Shown here piece after piece: positions 130,201 to 142,382 of a stretch of 248,000 nt of DNA. This stretch comes from Rhodosorus marinus CCMP1338 (lineage: Eukaryota; Plantae; Rhodophyta). Location of the stretch: assembly GCA_029953675.1 (NCBI GenBank), contig JAMWBK010000001.1, positions 1,260,001 to 1,508,000 on the forward strand, in the 5' to 3' direction. The translations under genes and the position numbers were made by a program. Each line of letters begins with the position of its first letter. The stretch's first letter is position 1. The notes beneath the pieces were generated by a model that saw only the letters and a program-made list of their open reading frames with translations, searched no databases and was not told the origin of the DNA.

Positions 130201-131142
130201 GGCAACATTAGAGTTGCAGATCTACCCGCGTTGGCTAGACAGGGAGTTATTGAGCGGAACAGAAGTGCTGCACGACTACCACTTCAGCTGTTTCGCTATT
130301 CGATGGCGTTTGACTCTGGTATCTCGATCCCCGCCGGTGCAGAGGTGACGTACAAGATTCCGGGAAGATGTTCGAGAGTCAGTTTCAGAGTGGGAGCAGG
130401 GGGTGGAGCGACCTTTGGAGACACTAAACTGGTGACCTTGGTCGATGGAGAGCCAGCTTGTACGGAGCAGAATTTTATCCACCGCGATGGAGCGAAAGTA
130501 TTCTCGTGCAGCGTGAATGGGGGGAAGGAACTAAAACTGTTGTCCGTCAAGGGAGCTACAAAGGGTGCGATCATAGTGGGAGAGGGAGAGTTGGACTGTG
130601 CAATTGGAACTCGGAAACCTGTTTGTGATATATCGACGCTCCCCAGCAGCTTTCGGGTCGGACACATCATTGACTTTGCGGGACAGGGCTATCGCTTCAA
130701 CGGAGAGAAACTACCTGCGAGCGCTGTCAACTGGGATGTCACTCTTGTTCACTGTCAGCCGGAGTGTCACGATCATCCAGAAGCCAGATTTGAGGGCAGG
130801 AAGAACGGGAGTTACAGGGTGCCAGACCACGGTGACTACTTCTTTATCAAGATCGACTGCACGGTGCAGGACAGGGGGGAAATATCCAAAACGTCAGCAA
130901 ATGTTCTCCCAGAAACCGCTGTGATAACGGTGGAATCTGTGCCAACCGGGAAGATAGCTGCCATCGGCGACACCCCGGGGCGGACGCCACTTTCCAAGAC
131001 GGTGGTCGTGGGCTCGAGGACCACCGTAGACATCGACCCCGTCGCATTCGGATTATGGGATCATGACAATAGCCTGGTTCCGACGTTTAATCATAAGCTC
131101 GAGGACGGACGTCCAGTCTTCTTTGTCGCCAGGTTCGATTGA
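127297..131142 (+). CDS. Secreted GSDH-Ig-NPCBM protein, copy 5
   Basis: Likely start MGSGVLLLLVVASLACKQ; HTMGG, GLRNPW, HCQPECHDHP. Confidence 0.88.
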   Translation: MGVVRAVRVCGCGFCELNMGSGVLLLLVVASLACKQAVVGAALTRVDFRDLPVAEDIPGLPTDFDFLPHGQTDRILVSGYRGLVQVVLKGVVQKKLFLDNTVPQEVRDKFTGHSKLLDRGLAHEYRAVAIDADFDHNPYVYFSYVLYPERVEGIAPQGFVSRYRVSDDLTEAVISSETVILGSYVNGDCRNVTSSEDNICITRGAHTMGGLFTDPEGNVWISIGDSAFAADYDRPNAMRCQDIDSLYGKVLRVDRNGKGLPGNPYYNGDREANRSKVISSGLRNPWNIHWDAELSTAWLADTGESTLEEFNLVEFGGNYEWPCKESYLDRFQFGVFPECADILGAVPPSSRPAYTGRRVSAAFSYHHTEGTAVTAALKVNIADWPEEFQNGVYFSDYTGNWIKYVKIDRTGKVVSEAFDFASEVPGPVNIRIGSNACLYYLALTASQLGRICYHENNSPPVVTGLVPPNGFKDAARSTLIEVAVSKKVTPVSAWVAITVEETVSGNVVAGSVEQDDLRNVLTFVPNAMLKGATRYTVTVSGLVDFKGKRMVGSERSIFKTGEGFLQYVSDLPLDVEPRLERVALDTAYDLVTPIKIRGRRFRKGLSFTPSVLIDVKVPEGCTSVDGYYGMEDLAFRITRGAIIFTIFADGTLVYDSTVDGLRIPSRKIDPEYFFRLDVKSGSTLTFRGDKGDPEGPLNKDNRAVWADLRFRCGDLDATSPRVESFEPHEGEITSIDTMIRITFDEVMNFNTIIQAVSIKSAAGRRIPWLAIEQSNPQLFVLAVEDLEFDTRYVVSISKVATDVSRNPLEAEVVWSFTTESPAASGEILRFVRDLIPHRSTGGVSSDGFPRSFSPGVQVYDKGLGMRANSMVSYDLSGLGCTRFRGRTGRDAAAGGDAGSCRLQIFSGPSAKTSTRRVDRYHRAAEPSVALDFDLQGDKYLAFKVSAGGDGGRARDFCDIAGTRLKCDKGNIRVADLPALARQGVIERNRSAARLPLQLFRYSMAFDSGISIPAGAEVTYKIPGRCSRVSFRVGAGGGATFGDTKLVTLVDGEPACTEQNFIHRDGAKVFSCSVNGGKELKLLSVKGATKGAIIVGEGELDCAIGTRKPVCDISTLPSSFRVGHIIDFAGQGYRFNGEKLPASAVNWDVTLVHCQPECHDHPEARFEGRKNGSYRVPDHGDYFFIKIDCTVQDRGEISKTSANVLPETAVITVESVPTGKIAAIGDTPGRTPLSKTVVVGSRTTVDIDPVAFGLWDHDNSLVPTFNHKLEDGRPVFFVARFD

Positions 131143-131509
131143 AATGCAGAGTAGGCTGGGAACTCATAAGCTATAGAACAATTGATTTCTTATTTAAAAA
131201 CCGAATTCATGTTTAGGATAGATGATTGAATATCTACTAGTGTAAGCAATACAGAGTTTAAACTTCATAGAGATTTATTGGATAATAAAATGAAATTGAT
131301 TAGATTGTGACAACTAAAGCCTATAATAAGTGTTTGGATTGGATAAACGAATCGGATAACAAGGATTTGGATTGGATAAAAGCTGCTTAAGTATTCAATA
131401 ATGCACAAATAAATAAGACGAATTTGAATTGATTGGATTATGTGGAAAATCACTGCCCTTCTGACATCGGTACGTGGTTGGTAGTTGCCATTTATTACCG
131501 CTATTACTG

Positions 131510-131990
131510 AAACCTTTACCCGTCGCGGACTTTCAAAATGATGAACGCCGTGTAGCCGACCTGGTGATCACCTGTGACGACAGCCGCCGTACCACATACG
131601 TTGATCTTGCTGTTCCTAACCCTCAAGCTAGTCGTTATCTCCCGGCTGCGGGGGAGCGCCGTGGCTCTGCCGCCGCCAGCATGAGACGCCGCAAAGAGAT
131701 CAAATACGCAGGGGCTTTGTCTTCCCCTGGTGTTCGTGCTTCGGCACTAGCACATCGCTTGGTACCCCTGATCATTGAGTGCTTTGGGTTCATGGACTCT
131801 GTTGGTTCTCGCTGGCTTCGGGAGTTGTTCCGCGAACGCCCTGACCGTCTTCAATCGTTGTTTACCCGCTTAAGTTTCCTGCTGTGGCGCATGAACGCCG
131901 CTTTGATGTTGGAGGCGCGAGTACTTCGCCGCGCTTAGTCTTTTTTTCCCCTCGGGGTTTTTTTTTTCAGCCTCCGATTAAACCATTCGC
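131510..131990 (+). mobile_element. Family B 3' fragment followed by degenerate B copies
   Basis: ORF 131474..131938. Confidence 0.88.
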
Positions 131991-132835
131991 TCGTATTATT
132001 GGTAAATGCCAAAACAAGTTCGCATTTACCAAACCGCATTTCGACGGTTTTTGCGCTAACTTCTCTGAGCCAAGATACCGCGGATTTCGGGGCCCACGTG
132101 CTCGCCAACTGCCCCGCTGTGAAAGGTGTCCGAACCCTACGACATACGCGGATCTTGAACCTGTTGTACCGCTGAGGAGCACCTGCCGTCGCAGCCTACC
132201 AAATGATGAACGCGGCATGGCTGCTCACCTCGTGGTCACCTGTGACGATAGCCGCCGTACGACGTGCGTTGATCTTGCTACTAATCCTCGGGCTAGTTGT
132301 TATGTGCCGGCTGCGGGAGAGAGCCGTGGAATTGCCGCTGCTCTGAGACGTCGCAAGGAGTTGAAATATGCGGGGGCTTTGTCTTCCCCAGGCATTGGTG
132401 CTTCGGCTCTAGCTCATCGCCTGGTACATCTGGTCATTGAGTGCTTTGGGTTTATGGGATCCGTTGGTTCTCGTTGGCTTCGGGAATTCTTCCGCGAACG
132501 CCCTGACCATCTCTCGTCGTTGTTTTTTTTTGTACCCGTTCAAGTTTCTTGGCTGTGGCGCGAGGGGGAAAAATACCACTCGCGGCGAAGATCGCGCGGC
132601 TCCAACATCAGAGCAGGCGTTCACACACCACAGCACGAAACTGGCTTTATTAGCACGAGACTTAAGACCCGTAAACGACGAGGGGAGACGGTCAGGGCGT
132701 TCGCGGAACAACTCACAAAGCCAACGGGAACCAGCGGAATCCATAAAGCAAAAAAAAATCTCAATGACCAGAAGTAGCAGGCGATGAGCTAAAGCCGAAG
132801 CGCGAATGCCTGGGGAATATGAAGCCCCGCATGTT

Positions 132836-133660
132836 CTATTTTACTTCTTCGGCGGGGGCACGCCGTGGTCCCAAGCGGTGGTCCCAAGGGGGGCCCGTCT
132901 TGGCCTGGAGCTGTCGCCCACCTGAGGGCTGCCCCAGGACGGAAAGGTCCGCTCCCGCTGAGGGAACATTCGAAGGATTAGGCAGCTCTGTACCCCTCTC
133001 CGAAGAGGCCCCAGCCGCGGAACCGCCTTTGTCACCTCCAGATCCCGGAGCTGCCCTCGCCTGTACCGGGACAGGTTGTTGATTGACCTGGGGAAGTTGA
133101 CTGTCTTCCGCCAACTTGGCCACCCGGCTGGAATTTAAATTCTGACCCGAATTTGAATTTTCCTTCGCCAGGAGACCCGATTCCAGCCCCCTTAGCTTCT
133201 GGGTGAGCTGAGGCTATGACACCTCGATCGCCCGCGGCCGTAATCAGGCTTGTTACAGCAGAGAGCAGGACACGCACTTGCGTACCAGAGGCGCCCTGTA
133301 ACTCCACCTGCGTGGAGAAAGGGCCCGCACGAAGAGACACTCTGTGTCCACCTTCAGTAGACACCTCCGCCGGCGGGGTCTCCGGACCCTCAGGAGTGGA
133401 GCGCGGAGGGACCCCGGCCATCACGGAAGAGCGTGTTGAAGAGGAGTTTCACGAAGGAACTCGACCAAAAAAACCCGCACAACCAGCACCTCAGACAGAA
133501 AGCTCCGGATCGAACACACTCAAAGGGGGAGAATCCCCGAGAACCAACCACGAAACCCGAAAAAGCAGCGAGAGGATGCGCCTGCAACGATGAACACTCT
133601 CGGACCCGAACACGACTCCAATCGCAACCGAAGACCAACTCAAACCCCCCCCCTACTACT
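132836..133660 (-). mobile_element. Family D (A-related) 5' UTR + ORF1 start
   Basis: MAGVPPRSTPEG..VELQGASGTQVRVLLSAVTSLITAAGDRGV, homologous to the A ORF1 N-terminus; relatives at ~240000 and 247129. Confidence 0.75.
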
Positions 133661-134944
133661 AGCCGTACAATAGGTCAAAGTTAGGCGATATTATAGAAGC
133701 ACGCTGGCCGAGGTGCGCCACGGCCGCCTGAGCTTGCACACTTTTCTCCCTAATTCCTAGTTCGCCTAGTTCCCTTTTACACCCTGTGTAGTGCCTCAGC
133801 TTTTTTTTTATTAGGTAGCCCGCACCACCAGACTTGCTGACTTCTAGGATTACTTCTTAGACACTTCCAGTCTCTGAGATTTTGGAATTGGGGAATTCGT
133901 TCATGCAGAAGACGCAGGGTTGCAAAAACCTTAGTCCTACCCGAACTTGGTCCTGATTACTGTACTAGCCGAAGAAGTATGAATCACTGGCATCGCTTAC
134001 AACGGCTGTTTTTGTCCTAGTAGCGAAGTACGTCAGCAATAAAACCACCTCATGACCTGGCAACCTGTCATTCCTCCTTCATAGGTTGTATTACGTCCTG
134101 CGTAGCGTCCAGCCTGGAGCCTGGGCAGGAGGTTTGGGTATTGTCTGAGCGTGTCAATAGTGTTAGTGGTGTGTGTTTAGTAGCTGCAAAATAAAGGCTA
134201 CAGCGAGCAGGCGGGGGATGGGGGATGGGGGGTTAACTATCGCTGGAGGCAGTGGCGGGGAAACTTTTCACGACAAAAACCCCGAAAAAGACAGCACACT
134301 CCCTAACAACAACATCAAAAAACTCCCATTAATAACCCCAGTATAAAGAATCAAAGCCGGAGAGCAAGCAACACCTGGGGCTTACATGCCCTTCTCCCTA
134401 GTCCCCATAGTTTCCTTTTACGTTTTGCGTAGCGCTCAGGCTATGTTGGCAAAACCACCACAGGTGGCTAACCGGGAAAACGGGGGAAAAGGCAACTAAA
134501 GTAGAGCTTCCAATCGAGAAACACAACGGCGGCCCAAAAACAACCCGAATCCAAAGACACGTAACAGCCGAGATCACGGCCAACAAACATTCGGGCTTGC
134601 CGCGTTCATAATCATACTTTGTTCAGAGACAACAACCCACAAGGTAAGAAGCCTACGGGAAACCAAGAGAACGGAACAACATCTGACCGAAGAGTAGCGG
134701 AAGCGGCAATGTTTTTTAGAATGTCGCGCACATCAAATTCACCAAAAGGATCATCCGCACGCTCGGCCCGGTAGATTCGGTTCCGTAATCCATCCGGTCT
134801 ACGGGGGTTTTGCGTCGTCGTCTCCTTTTCAGAAGTAGATTCTTTCCTCTTCAGGTCCCATTTTTTAAATTCATCTGCAGGAGACAGCCAAGAGAATGGC
134901 CTCCATCTAACGAATGAATCTATAGTCCGTAAAGACTGTGTTTT

Positions 134945-135982
134945 TTATTGTCCAAGGGCCATGTTTTTCAGAATGTCGTCTATATCAAAAGTACCTTTAG
135001 CCTGATTCACGCCCTCGCCCCCGTAGATTCGGTCTTGAAGTCCATCGGCAATGGATTCTGCGAAGTCGTCTCCTTTTCCGAAGTAGATTTTTTCCTCCTC
135101 AGGTCCCATTTGAACTTCGTCATTTCCTCCCTTCAGGAATAAAGTACTACCATCCCCCCCATAATACTCATTGTTAATTATTTCTGTGCCCTCGGACCCG
135201 ATCACGACGTCATAGCCTTTGAAAAGACCAAGGTAGGCGTCATTAACTTCATCTTCAGAAACGATAAACAAGTCGTTGCTATTCGTTCCATTCCAAATGT
135301 CCAATGCGCAGCCAGGAACACAGTCCTTATTTGCTTCATTGATCAGATTCGGACAGCCAATAGAGTACGGACATCCCTCATCAGAGCTACATGCGTCGTC
135401 CTTAATTGTAACTTTCGTATCAACGCCCGCAACCTCGACGATCGCCTCAAACACTAGACACTGCTCCGTCTCACAGCACGTTGATGCTGCTGGAATTTCG
135501 TCAAAGCAGATTCTAATCGCCCCCATTTTCTTCCCAGGGGTCAGCTTGGTGGCGTTCCTCCTCCTCTGAAATTTATCCTTGACTTCTGTTGGGATGCTGC
135601 TGCAATCCGGATGGATACCTACCCTCAGTTCCTTGATCATTGCTGGGTCAACGTGCCTTAACGATAATCTCAAGCAACCCGTCGGAGCCTTGTCTTTGGG
135701 GTTCTCATTTCGTACGCACAGCTTGGGAGTTTTCCCGTTCAGCTGGTCAAGTGTCAGCTCCTTGCAGTAGGATTCACCCCAGAGAACTCTCCTTTCAATC
135801 TCGATAATACGTCCCTCTCCGTCAACTACCTCTGGGTCAGGGAGATCAAAACTTGCACACGTATTACCCAACGCATCTCCCCACACGAGACACAAAGTGC
135901 CTGCTAAAGCCACCACCAACGCCAACTTCATCGCTTCCAATCTAGCCAGCCATCTACACACTCCCATACCCCACCAATACAA
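134945..135982 (-). CDS. Secreted Cys-domain protein with degenerate RTX-like repeats
   Basis: Likely start MKLALVVALAGTLCLVWG; TCASF..GIHPDC..CC..C..CPNLI domain; GGNDEV, GKGDDF. Confidence 0.85.
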   Translation of the reverse strand: MYWWGMGVCRWLARLEAMKLALVVALAGTLCLVWGDALGNTCASFDLPDPEVVDGEGRIIEIERRVLWGESYCKELTLDQLNGKTPKLCVRNENPKDKAPTGCLRLSLRHVDPAMIKELRVGIHPDCSSIPTEVKDKFQRRRNATKLTPGKKMGAIRICFDEIPAASTCCETEQCLVFEAIVEVAGVDTKVTIKDDACSSDEGCPYSIGCPNLINEANKDCVPGCALDIWNGTNSNDLFIVSEDEVNDAYLGLFKGYDVVIGSEGTEIINNEYYGGDGSTLFLKGGNDEVQMGPEEEKIYFGKGDDFAESIADGLQDRIYGGEGVNQAKGTFDIDDILKNMALGQ

Positions 135983-136598
135983 TGTCTCACCTTCTGAACA
136001 GCGGATGCGTCGACAACGATGGTGCTACATATATTATGATGTTGGCTAACTGGATTTCGTTGACCTCGGCTTTGATATTTCGGCACGAGGTCCTCGCCTT
136101 GAGTAGTCGATGGGGAGAAGAGCATAAAATTGGGTTTTGATGTTGGAGGCGCAGGATCTTCTTCGCCTTACACTAGCCAATTTCCCGTTGTGCTAAGACA
136201 ATCTGGGGGGCCTACACTTACCGTAGTCGGTTTTTGTTTGTTTTCTGAGATTTTGATAGATCGATCCCCTTCCCTCTCGACTGGCTCTACTAGCAGCCCA
136301 TTACTAAAGCTTTCACGGCAAAGTATCTTGCTCAAACCATTTTCCAATAGACCGTAACTTGAGAAGAAACTTCGATGGAGGAAAAAGCAAGTCACCGACA
136401 TGTTTATTGGACGTAGACAGGTTGGGAAAGCGGTGGGGAGCTGTTGGGAAACAAAAACAAAAAGCCGTTGGGAGGAACGGACAGTACTAGTATGGCAGTA
136501 CTAGTAGGGTTCTGCTGGAAAACGTATTGTCCACCCCGGGTTTACGTTAGTAATGTTTCGCATTTGCCCACCCTCGGTAGGATATAATTGAATGTATG

Positions 136599-136915
136599 TG
136601 TTGGAACGGTCACGCGGTCAGCGGTGAATATACGCTCTCAGCATGTAGAAGGATGATTCGCACATCGTCATACATACGGTGAGACCGATGTGCAAACGGT
136701 ATACGGTAGTAAAACCTCATAGAGGTTCAAACGTTTGAAATAGTTTGAACGGTACAAGGCATCGACTATCACCACAGTATAGTAGGTCACTTAAGTGCGA
136801 GACATCGCGACCCCAATGGTCGAACGAACGAATGGTCAGGGAAACAATAAAGAAACTATCGAAGTTTGGCTGACGGGACTTTGGTCAAGGTTGGGAAACC
136901 CCTAAAAACACAACA
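136599..136915 (+). mobile_element. Solo LTR of the 51.1-kb Copia family, between ~360-bp direct repeats
   Basis: tgttggaacggtc..caaca matches 51141-51439; flanks 136225-136590 and 136916-137280 are duplicates. Confidence 0.85.
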
Positions 136916-138229
136916 GTTTTTGTTTGTTTTCTGAGATTTTGATAGATCGATCCCCTTCCCTCTCGACTGGCTCTACTAGCAGCCCATTTCTAAAGCTTTC
137001 ACGGCTACGTATCTTGCTCTAACCATTTTCCAATAGACCGTAACCTCAGAAGAAACTTCGATGGAGGAAAAAGCAAGTCACCGACATGTTTATTGGACGT
137101 AGACAGGTTGGGAAAGCGGTGGGGAGCTGTTGGGAAACAAAAACAAAAAGCCGTTGGGAGGAACGGACAGTACTAGTATGGCAGTACTAGTAGGCTTCTG
137201 CTGTAAAACGTATTGTCCACCCTGGGTTTACGTTAGTAATGTTTCGCATTTGCCCACCCTCGGCAGGATATAATTGAATGAATTTATTTAATCGGGGTTT
137301 TCGAGTGCCGTCCGCAAACGTTTCTATCGGACGCCACCAATAATTTGTTGAAGTGGATAAACTACATGTAAAACAATATAAAACAAAGGGGTGTCCGATT
137401 CTAATTCTACGCAAAAAACAGGTTCTGATGATTGCCCGTGCGATAAACATGTGCGATAAATCGTCCGATATTCAATCAACGTTAGTCTAATAATCAATCA
137501 TCTCCCGCCGAGGTATTGAATCATGATTACTTCTTGTTATGACAAGCTCTCACTGGCATATCATGAATCATGATACTTCTCGAGGTGAAATGCTGCCGGT
137601 ATCATGCAATGAATCATGATCACTTCTGAAACCGACAGGCTGTCATAGCATTGGTTGAGACAGAAAAAACCAGCTTTCGGATCCAACCGAAAAAGGTAAT
137701 CATAACCTCGCATGTAGATGGGAATCAAACCGAATTCGAGTTTGTAGACGACCATGCTGTGAAAAAGATGAAAACGATCATTGAAAAATATCGGACCGAA
137801 TCGGTCGTTATCGGACCACTTATGCGGACGAAGCCAGTTTTTATTGTATATTCAGGTCTGATAAACTCATATCGGACGGAGAGATGGCCGAACCCCAACA
137901 TCTCCTCGGCCTTTTGGCTAACATCAATTTGTTAAACAAAACTAGGTCTATGAGTGTTAAGTCCTCCGTTTTACCCCACCTTTACTCCGAACCAACCATA
138001 CTTGATGGTTTCTAGGAGTTTTCTTCTTTCAGCCCCGGATTGGACAAATTCATTCAATATGCGATTGATTACCTTTTTCGGTGGGTTCACGAAGGTGGTT
138101 TTTGCTCGCTCAACCATGCCATGACAGCCTGTCGATTTCAACAGTAATCATGAGCCATTGTTGAGAACTGGAAAGCTTCTTCCGAAATATGAAGACGTCG
138201 CTGAACTCTTTATTTCATATACCCGTCCT

Positions 138230-140245
138230 AGAAGAGCATCTCCAGTTCCGCTCCGCCGCAATTATCTACTTAGGTTTGCCGCAAGCCGAGTGGGGTCGTC
138301 TTTCTGTCAGGGATGTGAGAGCCGGATTGACGCTTGTGGCTACCACTTCTTGGGTTCATGCGGACTGTTGCAAGGTCTCCGCACTAGGCGCCACACTCGT
138401 CTCAAGTACATCCTAAGCGAATGTTTAACTCGGGTTGGGCATACGGTTGTGGTGGAATCGGAACTACCCACATCGGTCTCGGACACGGCGCCGCCCCGCT
138501 ATATCGAAGATCTTCTTGTATCAGACCCTGCCGCCCGACGCTCAGCATATGTTGACCTCGCGATTACATGCCCTATGGCGAGCGCCCATCTCACGGCTGC
138601 CGCCCGCCGCCGAGGGGCAGCCGCTTCGGCTATTCGACGAGTGAAGGAACGACGGTGTACTGAGAGCATGGCCAGTCTGCCCTACGCCGAGGGTTGCTCC
138701 CACCGGTTCCAGCCTTTCATTGTGGAAAGCTTTGGTCATGTGAATAAGTCGGGTTTAGAGTGGTTGCGGAAATGTTTCGCTGAGCACACTACTGAGTACT
138801 TAGTGCTTTTACGGCGTTTGAGTGCCGCCCTGTGGCGATATTCTAGCAGCATGCTTGCCGAGGCGCGCCATCGGCGCCTGGGTTTGCACACTTCCCTCCC
138901 TAGTTCTTAGTTCCTTTGCACGCCTTGCGTAGCGCTCGCTGAGCATCCTACTGAGTACTTGGTGCTTTTACGGTGTTTGAGTGCCGCCCTGTGGCGATAT
139001 TCTAGCAGCATTCTTGCCGAGGCGCGCCATCGGCGCCTGGGTTTGCACGATTCCCTCCCTAGTTGTTAGTTCCTTTTCACACCTTGCGTAGCGCTTCAGG
139101 CTATGCTAGTAAAGCCCGAATTTATGATGGTCTTCAACACGCGTTCAGGAGGTGCAACGCCGTGCCGGACGCAAAGAGGTCCCGCTTTCGTTCCTGGAGG
139201 GAGCTGTTATGGGGACGAGCTGAAGCGATTGAGAATTCTCCCCTCGACCGAGTTCTTGCCGATGACGGAGAGGCTAGCCCCGGGTCACCTGTTGCAGACT
139301 ACCCGGGTTTGAGCCGATTGTGGAGCTCCCGCACTGATGTGATTCAACATAGCCTCACCTGGGGCCAACACAGTGCCGCTCACACAGTCATGCTCAATTC
139401 TCCTCTCACGCCGCCTACCACTGCCGCTCGTCTCCGCGGCATGGGAGGCCACCTCTCGCACTTGTGGTTAACCATTCTACCGTCGTCATTGAGTCATCGT
139501 CTCGATGCTTTCCAGTTCCGTTCTGCCGCACGGATCTATCTCGGTTTGCCACAGGCTCCGTGGCACTCTAATCGGCCGTCTTTCTGTCAGGGATGTGAGA
139601 GCCGGATTGACGCTTGTGGCTACCACTTCCTGGGTTCCTACGGACTGTTGAGAGGTCTCCGTACGAGGCGTCACACTCGCCTCAAGTACATCCTCAGCGA
139701 ATTTTTGACTCGGATAGGGCATACGGTTCAGGTTGAGTCGGAACTGCGCAGATCAATCTCGGACTCTGCACCGCCCCGTTGTATGGCCGATCTCCTCGTG
139801 CTGCCAGACGCTCAACATATGTGGACCTTGCGATTACCTGCCCCGTGGCCAGCGCCCACCTCACCGCAGCCGCCCGCCGCCGGGGCGCCGCGGCTTCAGC
139901 CCTTCGAAGAGTTAAGGAACGACGGTATGCTGAGAGCATGGCCAGTCTGCCTTGCGCTGAGGGTCGCTCTCACCGGTTGCAGCCATTCATAGTGGAAAGC
140001 TTTGGTCACATGGATAAGTCGGGTTTAGAGTGGTTGCGGAAATGTTTTGCTGAGCATCCTACTGAATATTTGGCGCTCTTGAGGCGTTTAAGTGTCTCCC
140101 TTTGGCGATATTCCAGCCACATGCTTTCCGAGGCGCGCCATCGGCGCCTGGGGTTGCATGCTTCCCTCCCTAGTTATCAGTTCATCTTCACGCCTTGCGT
140201 AGCGCTTCAGGCTATGCTAGTAAAGTCCAGTAAAGCCCAGTAAAG
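138230..140245 (+). mobile_element. Tandem family A-like and family A 3' fragments
   Basis: ORFs 138158..138910 and 139063..140243; tail gtaaagtccagtaaagcccagtaaagcc. Confidence 0.88.
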
Positions 140246-140340
140246 CCAAGAAGAGCATCTGAAGCTTGTGCAACTTCAAACAAAAAAACTGTAGGGGTTA
140301 CAAACACACCTGCCTGCTACACTTTTTCCACTTTTCACCG

Positions 140341-140530
140341 TTTATACAATTTATACAATTTATACAATCTATACAATCTATACAATCTGTGTACAATTCG
140401 TACAATTGTATAATTTGTATAATTTGTACAATTTTCAAGATTTTCAAGATGTTCAAGATTTCACGTTTTATTGTACAATTTGTACACTTTTCAGAAGTTT
140501 CACAACTTTCACAACTTCACAATTTCTACA
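140341..140530. repeat. Degenerate 9-bp tandem repeat (tttatacaa > ttttcaaga)
   Basis: Visible 9-nt periodicity with gradual drift. Confidence 0.8.
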
Positions 140531-140689
140531 ATGTTTACAATGCTTAGATCGTTTACACTTTATGTGCTAGACTCGGTTTTTTATGCGTTACCTCCGCAAG
140601 TGGGAGTGCGGCACCGTAACCATTCATTCAGTAAAAAAGAAAGTTAGTCTAGAATGTGAGAAACTTGTTCAAAACATGGTGGCGATGTG

Positions 140690-141450
140690 GTTAATGGACC
140701 GAAGTCCGTTGGGAGCGGCTAGACGGAATCGATTACTTATCTAAGGATCGGCGATCGATTACGTAGCATTGAACGCGATTTCGAGTGTGTTATGGAGCGG
140801 CACCGGCCGATGTGGACACACCAATCGTGCGTGAGTCGATTTCTGGCTCGACATCTGAAGCACGCCGCATCGCCTCTATATTGTTTGGACCGTTCAAGAC
140901 GTTATCCGTTTTCCAACGTTGTTCAAGAGTAACCAAATTCGGTCATTCAAAGTTCGAGTTGGAACACTTCGGTCCACTAGCAGTTGGGAGCGGCTAGGTG
141001 GAAGGGGTTACTTAACATTGAACGTGATTTCCAGTGTGCTAAGGATCGGCGATCGATTAAGTAGCAAAGAGCGCGATTTCGAGTGTGTTCAGGGGCGGCA
141101 CCGGCCGAAGTGGACACACCAATCGTGCGTTAGTCGATTTCTGGCTCGACATCGAAGCACGCCACATCGTCTCTATTTTATTTCGACCGTTCAAGAGGTT
141201 ATCAATTTTCCAGCATTGTTCAAGAGGAACCAAATTCGTTCATTCAAAGTTCGAGCTAGAAATCCCCTGCACAACAATCGGCCTGTAGATGGTAAAAAAT
141301 AGGCGGAACGCATTCGATTACGTACCATTGAGCACGATTTCCAGCGTGCTAAGGAGCGGCACCGGCCGATGTGGACACACAAATCGTGCGTGAGTCGATT
141401 TCTGGCTCAACATCGAAGCACGCTTGGTCAATATTGTTTTTTTTGGTTGG
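140690..141450. repeat. Three ~260-300-bp dispersed-tandem units upstream of a Cys-rich gene
   Basis: gcggcaccggccga(t/a)gtggacacac..gtcgatttctggctc at ~140797, 141096 and 141356. Confidence 0.8.
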
Positions 141451-141725
141451 GGGGACGAGACCGGAGAAAACATTCTAAAACCCACGGTTCCACAGTGCCT
141501 AACTCTGACCCACCGATCCAAACTGTTTCACTCTGTGTAAATCTTGAGCACGGTATGTAGTAACCGTTCTAGTTCTGTAGCTGGAGAGTACAAGTGTCAA
141601 GAGATGGCGAGCATAAGTGCGAGGGATTGGGGGATTGGAGAAAGCCCAGCTTCATTCTTGGATCTTGCAAAGTTGGGAGGCTTGGAGCACGGAGTTGTGG
141701 TACTGAAATTCGGACACTGGGCAGC

Positions 141726-142382
141726 ATGAAATGCGTTTATTCTCTTGTTGTGGTTCTGGTTAGCTTGAGCTGTACTGTGGATGTGGTTCATTCAATTCCG
141801 ACGCCTGATGAGGTGCCCTGTGACCCAGGGTTTTGCTTGGAGATGGCGCCTGATGGTTTGCCTGAGATTCCCACCGTAGGCGGTGGCGGTGGTTCTCTGG
141901 TGGTCCTTAACGATCCACACACCGGAGATGATGAACATCAAGATGAACAAGAGTGGAACTGTATTCCACTTAGTGAGGTCTCTTGCCACCGGAGCCAGGC
142001 CGCGACTAATTCTCGTGGAGAATGCGCTTGCGTTCCTATTCCTACTCCTACCCCCAAACCTAGGAGTAGTCCCAAACCTACCCCGGTGCCCTGCCGCATT
142101 GTTGAAGTAGATTGCATGAAGACAGTCACGTCGGCGGAGCTGTGTGATACCAAACTAGTTGCCTGCGGAATGCAGACCGTAACAAACGCTGCTCAGTGCG
142201 GGTTCAAGACGAGTTGCAATACGGTTAGAATTTTGTGCGGTTTCAGAGGATTTAGGCCGACGTTCTGCAACCATAACTACAATTGCCGAGCGGTTGCGAG
142301 AACTTGTACCGTGCCTAAGACATGTGTGGTCCCCAAGACGTGCGACGTACTAGCAAAATGCGAGGAGGAACAATGCCCGTAG
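141726..142382 (+). CDS. Secreted Cys-rich protein with PT-rich linker
   Basis: MKCVYSLVVVLVSLSCTVDVVHS signal; ~20 Cys; PTPTPKP linker. Confidence 0.82.
   Translation: MKCVYSLVVVLVSLSCTVDVVHSIPTPDEVPCDPGFCLEMAPDGLPEIPTVGGGGGSLVVLNDPHTGDDEHQDEQEWNCIPLSEVSCHRSQAATNSRGECACVPIPTPTPKPRSSPKPTPVPCRIVEVDCMKTVTSAELCDTKLVACGMQTVTNAAQCGFKTSCNTVRILCGFRGFRPTFCNHNYNCRAVARTCTVPKTCVVPKTCDVLAKCEEEQCP

Noticed and set aside
140266-140547. ORF with IQF/IQS tripeptide repeats
   Set aside because: Product of a 9-bp tandem repeat; no signal of real coding context
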